A stretch of 63,231 nt of DNA, filler included, from Choristocarpus tenellus KU-1152 (Eukaryota > Protista > Phaeophyceae), in the NCBI GenBank assembly GCA_964200185.2. It is 9 parts of 9 records of this genome, joined end to end, with 100 filler letters (N's around TTAATTAATTAA, not from the genome) between each part and the next. Parts side by side here need not be neighbours in the genome. Positions count along the whole stretch, not along the records: positions 37,328 to 45,521 come from CAXNAD020005017.1; positions 45,622 to 51,766 come from CAXNAD020008837.1; positions 51,867 to 57,517 come from CAXNAD020010134.1; 6 more parts are not named here. The stretch is one strand, 5' to 3'. This document shows positions 41,011-53,793 of the stretch, one piece after another (the stretch's first letter is position 1; each line of letters opens with the position of its first letter). The notes beneath the pieces are model-generated. The model saw only the letters and a list, made by a program, of their open reading frames with translations. It was not told where the DNA came from and did not search any database. Made by a program: the position numbers and the translations under genes.

Positions 41011-43144
41011 GCGGGAAGCCGACCCCGGCCCTCCCCCGGCCCCCCTCCAGCGTCTCTACCTCCCTTCCATCAGAAANNNNNNNNNNGAGGACGGGGAGAC
41101 AGGACTGGCGCGGAAGGGGCGAGGGGGGGGGGGGGGGGGGGGGGGGGTTGGAGAACCTCACCATCCTTTCCACTGATATGAGACCATCAGCAGTATGAAG
41201 AAAGACAAACAGGAAGAGAGTCACGGCGCTTATCTGCTGGGTGACAGCAAAAGTATTGGCCACATATAGCCGTAGGTCCGGATGTCGTACATAGGCTGCC
41301 CTACCATCAAAGGTTACCATCAAGGGTTGGGATGAGGGTTGAGTTGAAGTGAGACAGGACAGAGTGTTTTTTGTTGGCACCATGTTAAGGACGCTCGAGC
41401 TATTCTCACTGCTTAGTAATAATCACTGACTAAAACTAGCAGAGTCCTTAAAATTGACTAGCTGGATTCAGTTGCAAGCGATAAATTAGACATCAAATAG
41501 GGATTGAAACAAATAGGTTTCTGCAGTCAATCAATGGGCGAATTACCACCTTGTGATTAATGACCTTCAGTCGGATCTTCTGGGAATGTAGTGAAGTGAC
41601 AGATGCTTAACCCCTCCATGTACCCACAGAATGGACAAATTTCGAAATTACCATTAGATCGTGGCAGAGATGTAAACCATTTTTTTTTCACCCCAAGAGC
41701 TCCCTCTCCAATCTCGGCGCCTCTCACTGTACATGGGAATGGTGTGCCAGGAAATTGCTACTATACACAAGCAGGACACCACAAATACACAGATATGGAG
41801 ACATTTCTTGGACTATATGTGATTTCTTCATTTTCTGATTCTTGATTCAACTTCAGGGAGAAATCACCCACCCGTAGGTGTGCTGGTTACCGTATCTGAC
41901 AAGCTGTTAACACGATAAGTTCATGTTTTGGTCATTCAAAGAAAGGGTCGCATTTCAAATGAAAATACTTGCATCTCATTGTCATCGACATGTCAAACGC
42001 CCAGGCTGAGAGTTGACCGGTGCGTATGTTTTCAAGTGGGGGACAGGGACATGCCTGACCCCTCAGACCTCCTTAATCGGGATCTGGCAAACTTGTTTCT
42101 GTGTAGCACTGGGATATTGGTGTCGGGTAAATACATGTAGAGCTCTAAACAGCTGCATGATGGTTGGAACCGAAAGATGAACGACATCTATACCTTGGTA
42201 GGGAGCTGTACCAAAAATGGTTTCGGGAGGTCATTTCAGCGTGTCAACAATAACCGTTTTAATCAAGAATTAGATGTTACGGCCGCTCCCGTGATGTCTT
42301 GTTACACTACAGGATGTTCTTGTCTCATCCTGCACCCTAACAAGGAGTGGTATAACGACTTCAAGAATATCAAGGCAGGGCAACTAACAGCAGTCCTGTA
42401 TTCCTGGTCATATGTGCACTTCTATAGAGTTTAGCTTGGACAACATTGTGAGCGGATGCAGCAAGTCAAAATTGAAGGGCATTGTTCACTGCACCAACAT
42501 CAATAACAAAAGGAATAGTGACAACTTAAGTACCTATACAACTGTTTACTTCCATAGATATGACGACCCACAGCCCACGACTCACCGTTGGTCACTAGCT
42601 TCTCCAGGAAAGAATCGGGCACGTAATTGTCCGGGAATGGTTGCCTCTCGTAGAGGACTTTCTTCCAAGGACGAACAACACTCCCACTCCCGCCAAGTCC
42701 ATCGTCATTTTTCTTTCTTTCCCTCTCTGCGGTGAGGATGATATTTACCGACTCCCCCAACTGATCAGGTGGGTTAATCTCTTGGTGTCTCTCACTAGAA
42801 CGACTCCACCTTATTCCCATGTCCTGGCTTTCCCCAACGCTCTCACCCTGCAAACTGCGGTTCTCACCTGCATCTTCGCCTGGCATCGGTGTCGGCACAG
42901 ACACCTCACCTGCTACGAATACATTTCCTCCGAGTTGACCACTGGATTTCAACCGAATAATCTCGAGTCTAAGAGCCTCATTAATTGATCTCTCATCTGC
43001 CAGGCAAACCTCTGTCTCGCGCAGTCGAGAGAGCAGGGTAGTATCCGTCCTTCCCACGTCCTCGACTTCAGCTTCGAATTCTTTTTCAGGAATAAGTTGG
43101 TGTTTTCCAACGCCCCCCCTTCCGTCCTTCTCTGTTCCTTCCAT
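39174..43144 (-). CDS. PIGC: Phosphatidylinositol N-acetylglucosaminyltransferase subunit C (GPI2/PIG-C), 5' part; exons 43144-42586, 41295-41162, 39329-39174
   Basis: Signature WKKVLYERQPFPDNYVPDSFLEKL followed in frame by AYVRHPDLRLYVANTFAVTQQISAVTLFLFVF and IVVDLLLLFGGY. All donors are GTGAG; 3' exons not found on this contig. Confidence 0.88.
39588..39740 (-). pseudogene. AT-rich fragment resembling a bacterial sodium:solute symporter TM region, inside PIG-C intron 2
   Basis: GTIGSAGPIAVQFKVIFDIFSYILDLSLVTAIIITGIVFTMYFVFGDIKVV matches the SSS pattern iaxQf..g...AIII.giv..Y..fGGikav; strongly A/T-ending codons. Confidence 0.45.
39749..39889. repeat. Perfect 70-bp tandem duplication
   Basis: CATTTTGAATACAGTGGAAGGCCC...CTCTATATCCCCA occurs twice in tandem. 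Confidence 0.9.
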
Positions 43145-43389
43145 CCTACACTTCCTCACCCCACGGCAGCAGTGGTATCAGAGGTAGACAGACATACATC
43201 AGAAGGGTGTTCGGGATATCCTATATTATTTCGTTGCCGTATTGGTCGTGCGTATATATATTCCAAATACGTTTATGGTTCAACATCTGGGACTACTCGT
43301 GTCCAACTCAGCAAAACAACTAAACTCTTCACCAACTGCCTCTCGCATCAGTGTAACGTTGGCCCAAACGACATCAAAGGGAGGTGGCG
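43145..43389. promoter_or_regulatory. Putative bidirectional promoter
   Basis: About 245 bp between the divergent ATGs of PIG-C (43144, -) and the plastid protein gene (43390, +); TATATA at ~43254. Confidence 0.5.
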
Positions 43390-43999
43390 ATGCGACTCTT
43401 CGTACGTGTTGCGCTGGTTATTCTCCTCAGCCTTGCGGGTAGGTCTTGGTGCTTCGTCCCTCAACCTCACGTAGCACAACATAAAGGATGTTGGGGGCAT
43501 CGAACCTGGCAGGGAAAGCGGGCCGTGCTGAGCCCATGTCATCATGGTATGCTCTCATCAAGGCTGTGGATGGGTACGGCTGATTCAGATGCAATTAAGA
43601 CGGAGATGGAATCTATAAGAACCATGAAGGGGATAGAGATCAAGCGTATACTGACAGAGATGGGGGTCAGCACCAGGGGCTACTACGAGGTATTGCAACC
43701 GCGACAGGCTGCACCCAGAAACAGAAAATGAACCCGCTTATATATATCTGAATGCCGTGCTATGTCTTTCTAAAACACTCCTCTGGCCAGAAAGAGGACT
43801 TTGTAAAGCTACTGGCTATGGAGAGGGTTAAGAATCAACCTGGTCCCACCACGGGACAGGGACCTTCGGCCACAAGGGAACCATGGTCGGAGCCATGGTC
43901 GGATGCAACATGGGCTGATGGTGCAGGTGAATCTTCCTCTCGGGTTGCGAGAGTGACCTCTGCTGGAGTCGTTGTTCCCATGACAAGGCTCAGACCAAG
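43390..43999 (+). CDS. Plastid-targeted protein with HeH/SAP-like motif, 5' part (exons 43390-43689, 43791-43999)
   Basis: Signal peptide MRLFVRVALVILLSLAGRSWC|FVP (ASAFAP-type). The spliced sequence MKGIEIKRILTEMGVSTRGYYE|KEDFVKLLA matches the M.vkElk..L...gv.t.g..EK.e.v..l helix-extension-helix motif. Confidence 0.7.
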
Positions 44000-44959
44000 G
44001 TGAAAAATATGAAAGCAATGTGTGGATGTCGGTGTGCTTGTATTTACCTTTTCCTGCACCAATTGAAAGGATTATCTTGTTGAATTTTCGATAGTCTGTA
44101 AACCTTGCTATATCTAGCTACTTGTAAAAATGAGAGCATTTTCGTCTTTGCTATAATTGGTGCAAAACAAATGCTATTCACAACTGCCTGTCAACTTTGT
44201 TTCCACTGTTGCTTTCATATAACCACAAGCACCATTGAACAATGCACCGGGTGATTGAAATTGAATTTTTGAACACTTTTCACCACTAATGGCCCTTGTG
44301 ATATTGATCACGTGCTTTTGTTACGTCACTCTCTTGGACGGAGAAGCCAGTGAACCTTGCTGACAGCCTATGGCCGACATAGGTTTTCCCAAATGATGAG
44401 TCGTTCTTCTAGCTCGCTACTTACTTGGGAAATTTAGATTATAACAACTTGGAACATCCCTGACCAGAATCTGTGGCATCATGGAGAAGTCCCCATCCTC
44501 CTGTGTATGCGCCTCATTCGTTCACAAGCATGGTAGAAATAATCGATGAGGATAAGCTGCAGTAGCCACATCATGTTTGTGAGCTACTTGCACACCAAGC
44601 AGTGCAACATCAACCATGGAATCACTTACCTTGGAATTTGTATATACAGAAACGACCGCAAATGATGATAGGTACAGCGCCTCTACCAGTTCAAATTCAT
44701 TCCTAATTCACCATACCACATGGATTTGTGTATTGTATTCTTCAAGGCTATGACATTTTGACATATTGATATATTGATACACATTTGTAACTTGTCCTAA
44801 TGCTTCTTGAAGATTAGTACTACCCATTTCTTGCACCAGTTCACTTCTGGCCTCTACTACTGTGAGTATGTGTCGCCGACTCACACCATCAGTTATATCT
44901 TTGAGAAGCAGGAAATCAATGCTTCTTGTTTTATCTTTGAATTGTAACCACCCATGAGT

Positions 44960-45222
44960 TTAAAGTATCTTAGAGGGTAGAGCTGCGTCCATTTGGGAAC
45001 CAAAATCCAATGTTGTGATTTTGATGTAATTTTGGCTATCTTGTTTGTTAGGAAGTGTCAATATCCTTTTTCTGGACATACACATGATACCTATTCCAAA
45101 ATGTATACATTTTACCTACTCCTAAATATTTTGGAATAGGAAAATGTCACAAATATAAATGTGTGAAGCCAAGCCCCAAATGGACAAACAGAGCAAATCT
45201 CGTACCCTCTAAGATAATTTCA
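44960..45222. mobile_element. MITE family M2 (longer relative of M1)
   Basis: AAAGTATCTTAGAGGGTAG...CCAAGCCCCAAATGGACAAACAG...CCCTCTAAGATA; reverse complement of 48583-48836; fragments at 19560-19640 and 45757-46015. Confidence 0.7.
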
Positions 45223-45476
45223 CAGGCACGATTAGGGTAACCTAGCAGTTCTCTCAAGCTCTTCTATACAACTCAAGCACAACCACTGCAGCAACCCAGG
45301 TAGGTTGCTACAGTGAGACCTGTTCACACAGAAAAATGACTCTTAGTGTAACATGGCAGACTCTGGCCACCTGACAACAAGTCTTTCCCGCTTATGAAAC
45401 TACCTACCCCAGCAGCTGTGAGACACATTGCACACCCTAGAGAAGCAGAAGCCATGCCCCCCCCCCCCCCCCGCCC

Positions 45477-45521
<45 letters not shown>

Positions 45522-46551
45522 NNNNNNNNNNNNNNNNNNNNNNNNNNNNNNNNNNNNNNNNNNNNTTAATTAATTAANNNNNNNNNNNNNNNNNNNNNNN
45601 NNNNNNNNNNNNNNNNNNNNNGCCTACAACTACAGAGTCTCAAGGCAAGGACAGAATAAGGGATTGTGGGGGGGGGGTGAAGTGGCATGAGGAATTAGTG
45701 GTATATATTAGGAGAGGGGGAGTGTGGAGGTACACCAGACTAGAGGAAATTGTGGACCCAAAGCATTTAAGAGGGTACGGTCACGTCCGTTCAGGATTAT
45801 ATATTCAATGTTGCGATTTTGATGTAATTTTGGCTGTCGTGTTCGTTAGTTAGCAAGTGTCAATATCCTTGCTCCAGACACACCTTTCAAAGTCGTTTTT
45901 TTTTTTGGTAAGTGTGTTCACACAGAAAACCGAAAAAGGGCATAAAAAACCTCTGGAAGCAAATCCCTGAACAGGCAACCAGGGCAAAACTCCTACCTTC
46001 TTAAATGATTTGCTTTGTGGCCAATTCCACCTCTGGCCGCACCCTATCCTATTCATGCACTCTTAAAGAATGTGGATATTCAATCAACCCATTTATTGTG
46101 AATTTCTGTGGTGGATGGAAGATTACGAGGGGTCTTTAGATCACCCCCCCCCTGCCCACAATAATATCCAACTAATAGGAAATAAGTAACTTAATGTGAA
46201 GTCCTCAATCAGACATTGATCAGGGACAATGAGTAAAGAGCCCACCTGAAGCATTAATTTGTATCAACAGGACCTACCTCATCATCTACGGGGTATGGCC
46301 ATAGAGGCATGTCATAACTAATTTTGAATTTTTATATCTTCAAAATGAGAATTCCACACACTGTTAGTGCCTCTTTGTGCCAATGATCTGTTTGAAGGAA
46401 TTCTCCTGGAAACCTCAGCGACCACCTATACCTTGGCATGAATCTCATTTATGCTACTCATTACTCTAGTTTGAGAAGTCCACTTTTGAGCTTGCCACCT
46501 CAAGCCATGATCCTGTTCTTAAGGTGTACCATTTGGTCATTTTGATCTCAG

Positions 46552-47019
46552 GTTGAGGAGCTCGCTCACACACAGGAAGCTGAACGTTCTAGCATAGCTC
46601 AAGCCAGGGCGGAGGCTGCAAAGGACCGTTCAGAGGTGAGGCGCCTTCGCAACGAACTTGCAAGGGCCATGCACCAGTCGCAAAGACAAGAAATTTGTCA
46701 ATGGCCTAGATCCAACTCTGACTTAGCTTCAGAGTCGGGCTTAAGCCTGGGGTTGAAGAAAAAACAGGTTCAGGTACTGGGGCAGGGGTCACTGCTTCAT
46801 GGGGGTGTGGATTCATCAAGCTTTGGTCAGAATTACAAGCTAGGTGGCAGCATTGGTAGCAGGAGCACAGGAGGAACTGGTGGGAGGGCACCAGGCTCAG
46901 GAGGGGATGAAGTAACAGCAGCAGAGGTAACAGCATCAGCTTTAGCCACAACTGAAGCAGGCCATGGATGGAAAGGTATGTCAAGTGAGGAGTTAGCATT
47001 GTTAAAGGGGGGGAAATAG
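46552..47019 (+). CDS. Terminal exon of a coiled-coil protein
   Basis: Acceptor TCTCAG|GTT; open frame VEELAHTQEAERSSIAQARAEAAKDRSEVRRLRNELARA... to TAG at 47019. Confidence 0.6.
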   Translation, partial: VEELAHTQEAERSSIAQARAEAAKDRSEVRRLRNELARAMHQSQRQEICQWPRSNSDLASESGLSLGLKKKQVQVLGQGSLLHGGVDSSSFGQNYKLGGSIGSRSTGGTGGRAPGSGGDEVTAAEVTASALATTEAGHGWKGMSSEELALLKGGK

Positions 47020-48582
47020 CTAGTCCAGTGTGAGCCAGAGGTATCAGCATTTCCTTGAATCTCTCTTCAAATGATTATCGTTTGTCTATATTTTTTTTCA
47101 TTTCGTAGGTTGCAATGTCTCATTCAAATATTAATAGTACAAATTATGTTGCAACTTTGTTGAAGCGATATTGGCAGAGACAGATCCATCCCATTCTGAG
47201 CTTGGAGCAGGTCTTAATTTCGAGTTGATTTGTTATTTTTCCGGTCAAGTACATCTTTGCTTGAATATTCAATGTTATGATGTTGTGAGGGCAGGTGAGG
47301 ATGTGACGATGCAAATGTTGCACATGATTACAGTGCTGGTGATGCCAAACCAGGTATTAGCCTCTTCACAGCACCTCATCTCCACAACCATGCATGACAC
47401 AATACAGTGCATATTGAAGAATCACATTGCAGTCTGACAACACAGGGAAAATGAAGTAATTCCTATTGGGGGATCGAAATTGCTTAAGTCGTAGGTGCTC
47501 TGTTATTTTCCACATTTTTGAGGCATTTGTATCTTGAGAAAAAAAACGGTGAGAAAATGGTCAATTTGATATCTCTTTCAACCACCTTGACCATTTTCCA
47601 GGCACACTAACCTTTGGGGCCATATTTTGGTGCAACTTCTCCAACATCCCGAGAAAAACCTTTCTCATGACATCACCTCAAGGGAAAATGTTCAGATTGT
47701 GCCAAATTTTTCCAAGATGAATCATCTTGAAAATCATTGCCTGAATAAATGCCTGTTTTGAGCATCTTTTACAAATTGTTTGATTTCTTTTGACCTTTTT
47801 CACTCCTTCGAATGAGCTTAAACACAGCATGGCTATGACATACTACGTTGACAAGGCCACCACATACGTTAAAGTGCTTATCACTTCAACAACTCCTCCC
47901 TCTTAAAATATTCATGAAAACGTGTTTAGAACCTCCTGGTCTTTTTTCCCGTACCTGCTGTGTGAGACAAGCTCTGCATTTCAACTATCCCTATCCGACA
48001 GTTATTTCTTCTGCAAGTAACTATTCAGAGTAGTACTGTTATGGGCCGTATCAGTCTGTATGTAGGTGACAATCACACAAGCATTGCCTCCAGAGGAATG
48101 TGTGGAGAAAACTGATGCATGTTTTGGCTGGATGGCCGTCAAGGGCTTCTCCTAAACAAAAGAACAATCCAGTATCACGCCAACTGTGATGCATGGACTC
48201 AGATAGAACACAAGAGATACCCCAGTCTCTAGTGGATGATGCACAAAAGTGTTCCCGTGTCTCAAGGATTCAACTTTTCAAATCCATCTCCAGGACGGTC
48301 AAATATGGACGAGGTTTCAAACAGGGGCCTTTTTTCAGGTTGGGTGCCTACTTTTTCGGAAAACTCACGCTTTTCGCCGACTTGGAAAACGTCAATCAAC
48401 AGATTGGCATATCTTTATGGATTTACTGGAAATGGCACAGTGATTCCACATGCGCTGTCAACATTATTTTTATTTTTAATACCGTACCAACAAACTGGAC
48501 TAAACCACTGTTTATTGACTACACTGCATATCGAATTGTTTGCATTAATTTCAAAACACATAACCGTGCGCATGTTGGAGAG

Positions 48583-48836
48583 TGAAAGTATCTTAGAGGG
48601 TAGGGGTTTTGCCCTGTTTGTCCATTTGGGGCTTGGCTTCCCATGTTTTTTTTATGACATTTTGCTACTCCAAACTGTTTAGGAGTAGATAATATATATA
48701 CATTATGAATAGGTGTATCCAGAACATAGATATTGACACTTCCTAGCAAACACGATAGCCAAAATTACATCAAAATCGCCACATTGGATTTGGTCCCCAA
48801 ATGGACACGGCTCTACCCTCTAGGATACTTTGGCTC
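48583..48836. mobile_element. MITE family M2
   Basis: Inverted ends AAAGTATCTTAGAGGGTAG / CTACCCTCTAGGATACTTT. Confidence 0.75.
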
Positions 48837-49789
48837 GGAGTCAATATTGCCAGGAAGATCCCAAATAGAACCTGTCACCAAAGACTACCCGCCCCAGTGC
48901 GGATTCCATCCTACTCAAACAATAAATTGGGTATCCAATGCTTTCTGTTGCACAGACGATTTTTTGGGGCGGGATTTGCTGCGAGTTTGAACAACTCAGT
49001 GTATGTGGATCAGCTCAAGTGTTCAAGCTAATGGAAACAGAACCTCATGTTTATATTTTTTTTAAATCACAACTCTAGTCTTTGAGAAACACCTGTTCTG
49101 AGCTGGATTTAATGTAAAGGAGCATCATAGGGTGGACTACAAGTCTCAATGTTCCTCTCCCCAGTCCTGAGTTGAGAAAGTTCAGTGTCTAGCACATTCG
49201 TTTTTAGTCAGGCCAATGTTCCACTGGCGTGCAGGTATTTGTTGCAGAGTCAATCAATGCAAAGATCACACATAGTGGAAACTGTTTTAGTTGCATATTC
49301 TGAACCTGCCAAACAACGCCACCCCTTTGGCTGGGCCATCCTTGCACCCACACCCACCGACCACCAGAAAATCAAACCCCACATGTGGGCACTGTTATTA
49401 AGTAAATTACTGCCACTTCATCACCATATTCCTCCATGGACCCTCATCCCACGCCCTGTCTACATTGACTAACATTGCATCACAAATTTTGTTACCTCAT
49501 CCGCATCCCTCCTTTTCCCCCACCTTACAGCAACACCAACCTTGACCATACCAATTTCCTTGACTTTGCCAGTGACCAGACCCTTATCGTTGCCAGCTTG
49601 TTATTTGGTGTGGGTGGACACCGAACTATACCTTACACCCACCTGTTTCATCCTTCAAACACCTGGAGCCAGCAAAGAGAGCAAAGAGCAAGGGGGAAAG
49701 TGGGGCATGAACCATGGTGATGAGGGGGTGACCCGTTGGGGTGGCATGGCTCCAACCAATATGGGGGGTGAGAAGGATGTAGTATAGGG

Positions 49790-50400
49790 GATCATGAAGC
49801 CAAAATGATGCCAGTGAAGCGGTGGCAGAACCCCCACGCAAATGGTAACCCAGGATACCCACCCCTGTGGGCACCCTGCCCGTATAAGCCTGCTTCACCA
49901 AGATTGCAATTTCGCTAGATGACATGCCATTGGAGAGCAGTTATCTCACCTCATCTTAGACACAGTACATGTCATACATGCATCATGAATGCCAACATTA
50001 TGATGCATACTGGAGCAAGCACAAAGGGATTCATTTCATGGGTGATGCAAGAGGGATGATCCTGTATCTCAGTAGTAACAGAGAACTACAATATTTGGAC
50101 ATCATCGGATTGGAATCAATCTCCTCTAAGCCCAACTCAGTTTCCCAGGGACTGATACCACTTTATGGTGCTTGTTCCCAAAGACCCAAATGACAAGTCT
50201 TTTGCTCTCCAACAAGCTATTATAACTAACAAGGAGGAGGCAGAAGTGGAAGGGATCACAATGGATAGCATAAGGGACAAATCCATCACGATTTCCTATT
50301 GATAATCTCAGCAAGTGCCAATACAACTCTGCTCCAGACTTGGTAAACTCCACCCCAGTCGCATCTGCTCTACCATTACCAGATATATTGTTCATGGAGC
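49790..50400 (-). pseudogene. Possible tyrosine-recombinase (DIRS/Ngaro/Crypton-type) remnant
   Basis: MSSSEIAILVKQA...GYHLRGGSATA resembles YR box II (H.LR.G.AT); otherwise heavily decayed. Confidence 0.3.
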
Positions 50401-50520
50401 AGTGGCTGAGGTATTTGGAAAGCTCTGTAAGCTTGCATAGACAACCTCAGACCCCCTGCCCCATAAGCTTAGGAGGCTCCATACAGAGTCTTAACTCGTT
50501 TTGTGCAGATCAGTGTTCTG

Positions 50521-51123
50521 TGCAAATTACTAGGGACTGGAGCTTAAAGGAGGGTGGTAAATGCCATCCTACGGTGTAGGAGACCGATAGTGACTAGTTA
50601 CTGTGAGGGAAAGATGGAAAGAAATATGAAAAGAGAGTTGCCTGAAATTGCGGGAGGGGAGTTCTCAAACTCAAAATCTGTGCAAGACAAGGGCTGCCTA
50701 CACTTGGATCCCTCATTGGAATGACGGTTGCTAGTGGGTCAGTACAGGTAAGCTAGACTGGCAATGCAGGATGAACTGAATGCTTAGTTAAAGCATGAAA
50801 CTGCCCGATCACCTAGATCCCACATAAGGTGTTTGTTCAATTAGACAGCAAGGTGATGGTTATGGGAGTTGGAACCCGCAATGGAGAATGTAGCAACTCA
50901 CCTGATGAATGAAATACCCCTGAAAATGGGTAGGAAATGAGCAGCTTATCCTGGGTAGCAGCAACTTCTACGATGCATTGTGACTAGGATGGTGCAGGGC
51001 TTATTGCGCATCTCCAACCACAACAGAGAGTGAAACGTACCCAGTGCAGATCTTGGTCGTAATACAAAACATTTGGTGGGACATTTGAAGACTGAACTGA
51101 AGAATGGTTCTAAGTCAAGGCAG
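50521..51123 (+). pseudogene. Degenerate, internally deleted 28S (LSU) rDNA fragment
   Basis: Decayed matches in correct order to conserved eukaryotic LSU cores: GGGTGGTAAATGCCATC..GAGACCGATAG..GTGAGGGAAAGATG..GAAAAGAGAGTT; CTAGTGGG..GGTAAGC..GGATGAAC; CAACTCACCTGATGAATGAA..CCCTGAAAATGG; GTGCAGATCTTGGT..TTTGAAGACTGAA. Confidence 0.85.
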
Positions 51124-51126
51124 AGA

Positions 51127-51302
51127 AGCTACAGAGTTAGTTCTATACCTTGGGCAAGGCATTAGGTTAGATATAGAGTCCTGTAGCTCTCAGAGCTAGT
51201 TCTATGCCATGGACAAGGCAACAGGGTAGATATAAAGTACTGTAGCTCTCAGAGCTAGTTCTATAGCTTGGACAAGGCAACTGGGTATATAGAGAGTCCT
51301 GT
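51127..51302. repeat. ~59-bp tandem repeat x3
   Basis: Unit AGCTCTCAGAGCTAGTTCTAT..TGGACAAGGCAAC.GGGTA.ATATA.AGT.CTGT, directly after the rDNA fragment. Confidence 0.85.
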
Positions 51303-53793
51303 GCACTACAGCTACTTATATAAATGCACAAATGAGTCGAGATGAGTATTCATATGAAGATCTTATTATTTGTCCTTGTCTGCACAGGCAAGCAATTATT
51401 TGACTTATGCACTTGGTTAAGTAGTCAAGTTTGATAGTGAATGTGTTAGCGAATATTTGGGTACCCTTCAAGACGTTTGGTTGAAACAATTCTGTATTTC
51501 CATTATTCCAATCTGCTGACAGTGACCGAGGCTTTACAGCCTCTTGACAATAGTAGAGGGACACTTTAGACCCCATCCAACGATTCAAGGCCGATAATTC
51601 ATCTACCAAGAATCTTGGAAAGTCCCAAGAGAGTATATTTCCATCAAGGAGATACATAAATACAATTTGGAAGCACAGGCCTCAGGTCATCACCAGGCTC
51701 AAAGTATCTGGGAGGGGGTGGCGGCTGTCCATTTGAGGTCAATTTTTTCATGTTGTGATTTTTGGGNNNNNNNNNNNNNNNNNNNNNNNNNNNNNNNNNN
51801 NNNNNNNNNNTTAATTAATTAANNNNNNNNNNNNNNNNNNNNNNNNNNNNNNNNNNNNNNNNNNNNGAGGGGGGGGGGGGGCTATGGTTGGGTCTCTTTT
51901 TAATTTTTATTTTAGCTCTTTTTCAACTTTTTTCTGTAGTTTTAAGCGATAAGGGATATATTCGAGAAGAGTTGATTTCACTGTTTGAGAAATATATATT
52001 TAACAGAGTTCAGAACAGTTAGGATACATGTGCATTCATTACAACAACAAAAAAGTTGAGTTCAACGTGATTGTGTTGCCACCCCTAACAATACAACTCA
52101 TGGGTACCCCCCCCCCCTTCACCCCTCGTTTACTACTACGAAACACCGAATGAACACAATCAAGCACTGTAGCAACATTATGCACTGTTCTATCTCATCT
52201 CAAGGAGGAAAGGATCAAGTTGACACCATAAGCGGCACTTCATAGTGATCACAAACAAGCACATTTCAAAAAAGAGGTTTAGAGCACAATCTCATCTCCT
52301 TGCTAAACGGCAACGGCATTGCTATGCACTGGCTACTAGGTCTCATGCCTCCTGTCCTGTATAACTTGATACTTCTTTTTTCTCGTCATTGCTGAAATGA
52401 TCAAAGCAGGATTGCCCTACATATCTACATATCTATATATCTACAGCAGACCCAGCAGAGTGTGCTCCAAGAATTACTTGAAATGAAACAATAATTTCAA
52501 CACGGTCATCACAATCAACCCTGAAATCCAGCAATTCAGATGAAGCCTTCCACAAGAGCATTCACTCAGACAGAACACAACTTGGATCACTCCGTTTCGC
52601 TCTTTCATGCTCTCCCTCCTCTTATCATGTTTGCACTGCTTTTATAGTCATGCAAGGTCATGACATGCCCTGGTGTTTGCAAAACCCGCAGGCGAATCTA
52701 AAGCACAACTTCGAAAGGTATAAAGAAGACTGAGGTACAACTCAACAGAGGAGGGACGTGGAGAAACAGCAAGTCAAACCCCTTAATGACACAGTCTTGC
52801 CTTGAAGTTCCATTTCCTGGAACTCCCAGGAGTTCCAACATTCTTTACCATAGACCTTTACTCCAATCAAGCATATTACTTTCGGACACCCCAGTCCAGA
52901 ATTCAACTTCATGAAAGATGGACCTTTCCAACACTAAATGCAATGAATGCTACATTGGATTAATTGTTAATATATCGGGCTGCGGTAGTGACTTGATGAA
53001 GTGTTAATACCATCACCTCGCGCACGACACTTCAATCCACAATTTGCGTATCCTCCTACGGCATGACACCATACACTGCCCCTCTAATGAAAAAGGGGTC
53101 GATTCAATTCAAAAAACGAGTTGCATTATGACACATGTTTTGTTGTGCTATTGAAGAGGGAGGCAATCCTGTCTGTAAACTCTTGCATAGCAGTAGAGAC
53201 AATAGGAAGTGTTCGAACTGGTATCAAATTGCAAAATCCTTCCATCCCTTGTTCATGGTCAACATAGATACGTCACTCATTTTTACATTCTAAAAGAGCG
53301 TGGAGAGTCAATGTGCTGAGTGGTGGACTGAACGCTTAGTGAGAAATATCTACAATAATATGATTTTTTTTCTGAACCAGCACAGGACACACCACTGCCT
53401 AGAGTTCAGCACCAAAGGAATAGTGAAGTGTGTGAAGGGGATGAATGGTGCACCACTGTAGAATATACAACTGCAGTCATCCCAACGCATAGGCGGGACG
53501 ATAAAAGGTCCGACACCTACTACTATAGCATATAGGTTCTACACAAATTGAGGGTCAGGAAAGGGTGACGGTCTGGCGGTAACCTTGTCCTACCTATACT
53601 GGCTATTACAGTAAGGAAGCAATCCCAGCCTGAAAAGCTAGTCATTGGATGTATGGTTTGAATACTTTCATCATACTAGGTTTACACCAGCGGGGTCAAG
53701 GAAGCAACCCAAACCACCACTGCGGAGCAATATAAAACTTGGACCGTTGAAAACACTACCAACTCACGCAACAAATCCCTGACAGTGTCTTAC

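Noticed and set aside
40976-41147. Poly-G tracts and poly-Gly/Pro ORFs (also poly-C at 45457-45521)
   Set aside because: Intronic homopolymers adjacent to N gaps; lengths are unreliable and the ORFs are low-complexity artefacts.
50521-51123. Functional 28S rRNA gene
   Set aside because: Universally conserved positions are mutated, a large internal segment is missing, and there is no 18S/5.8S context.
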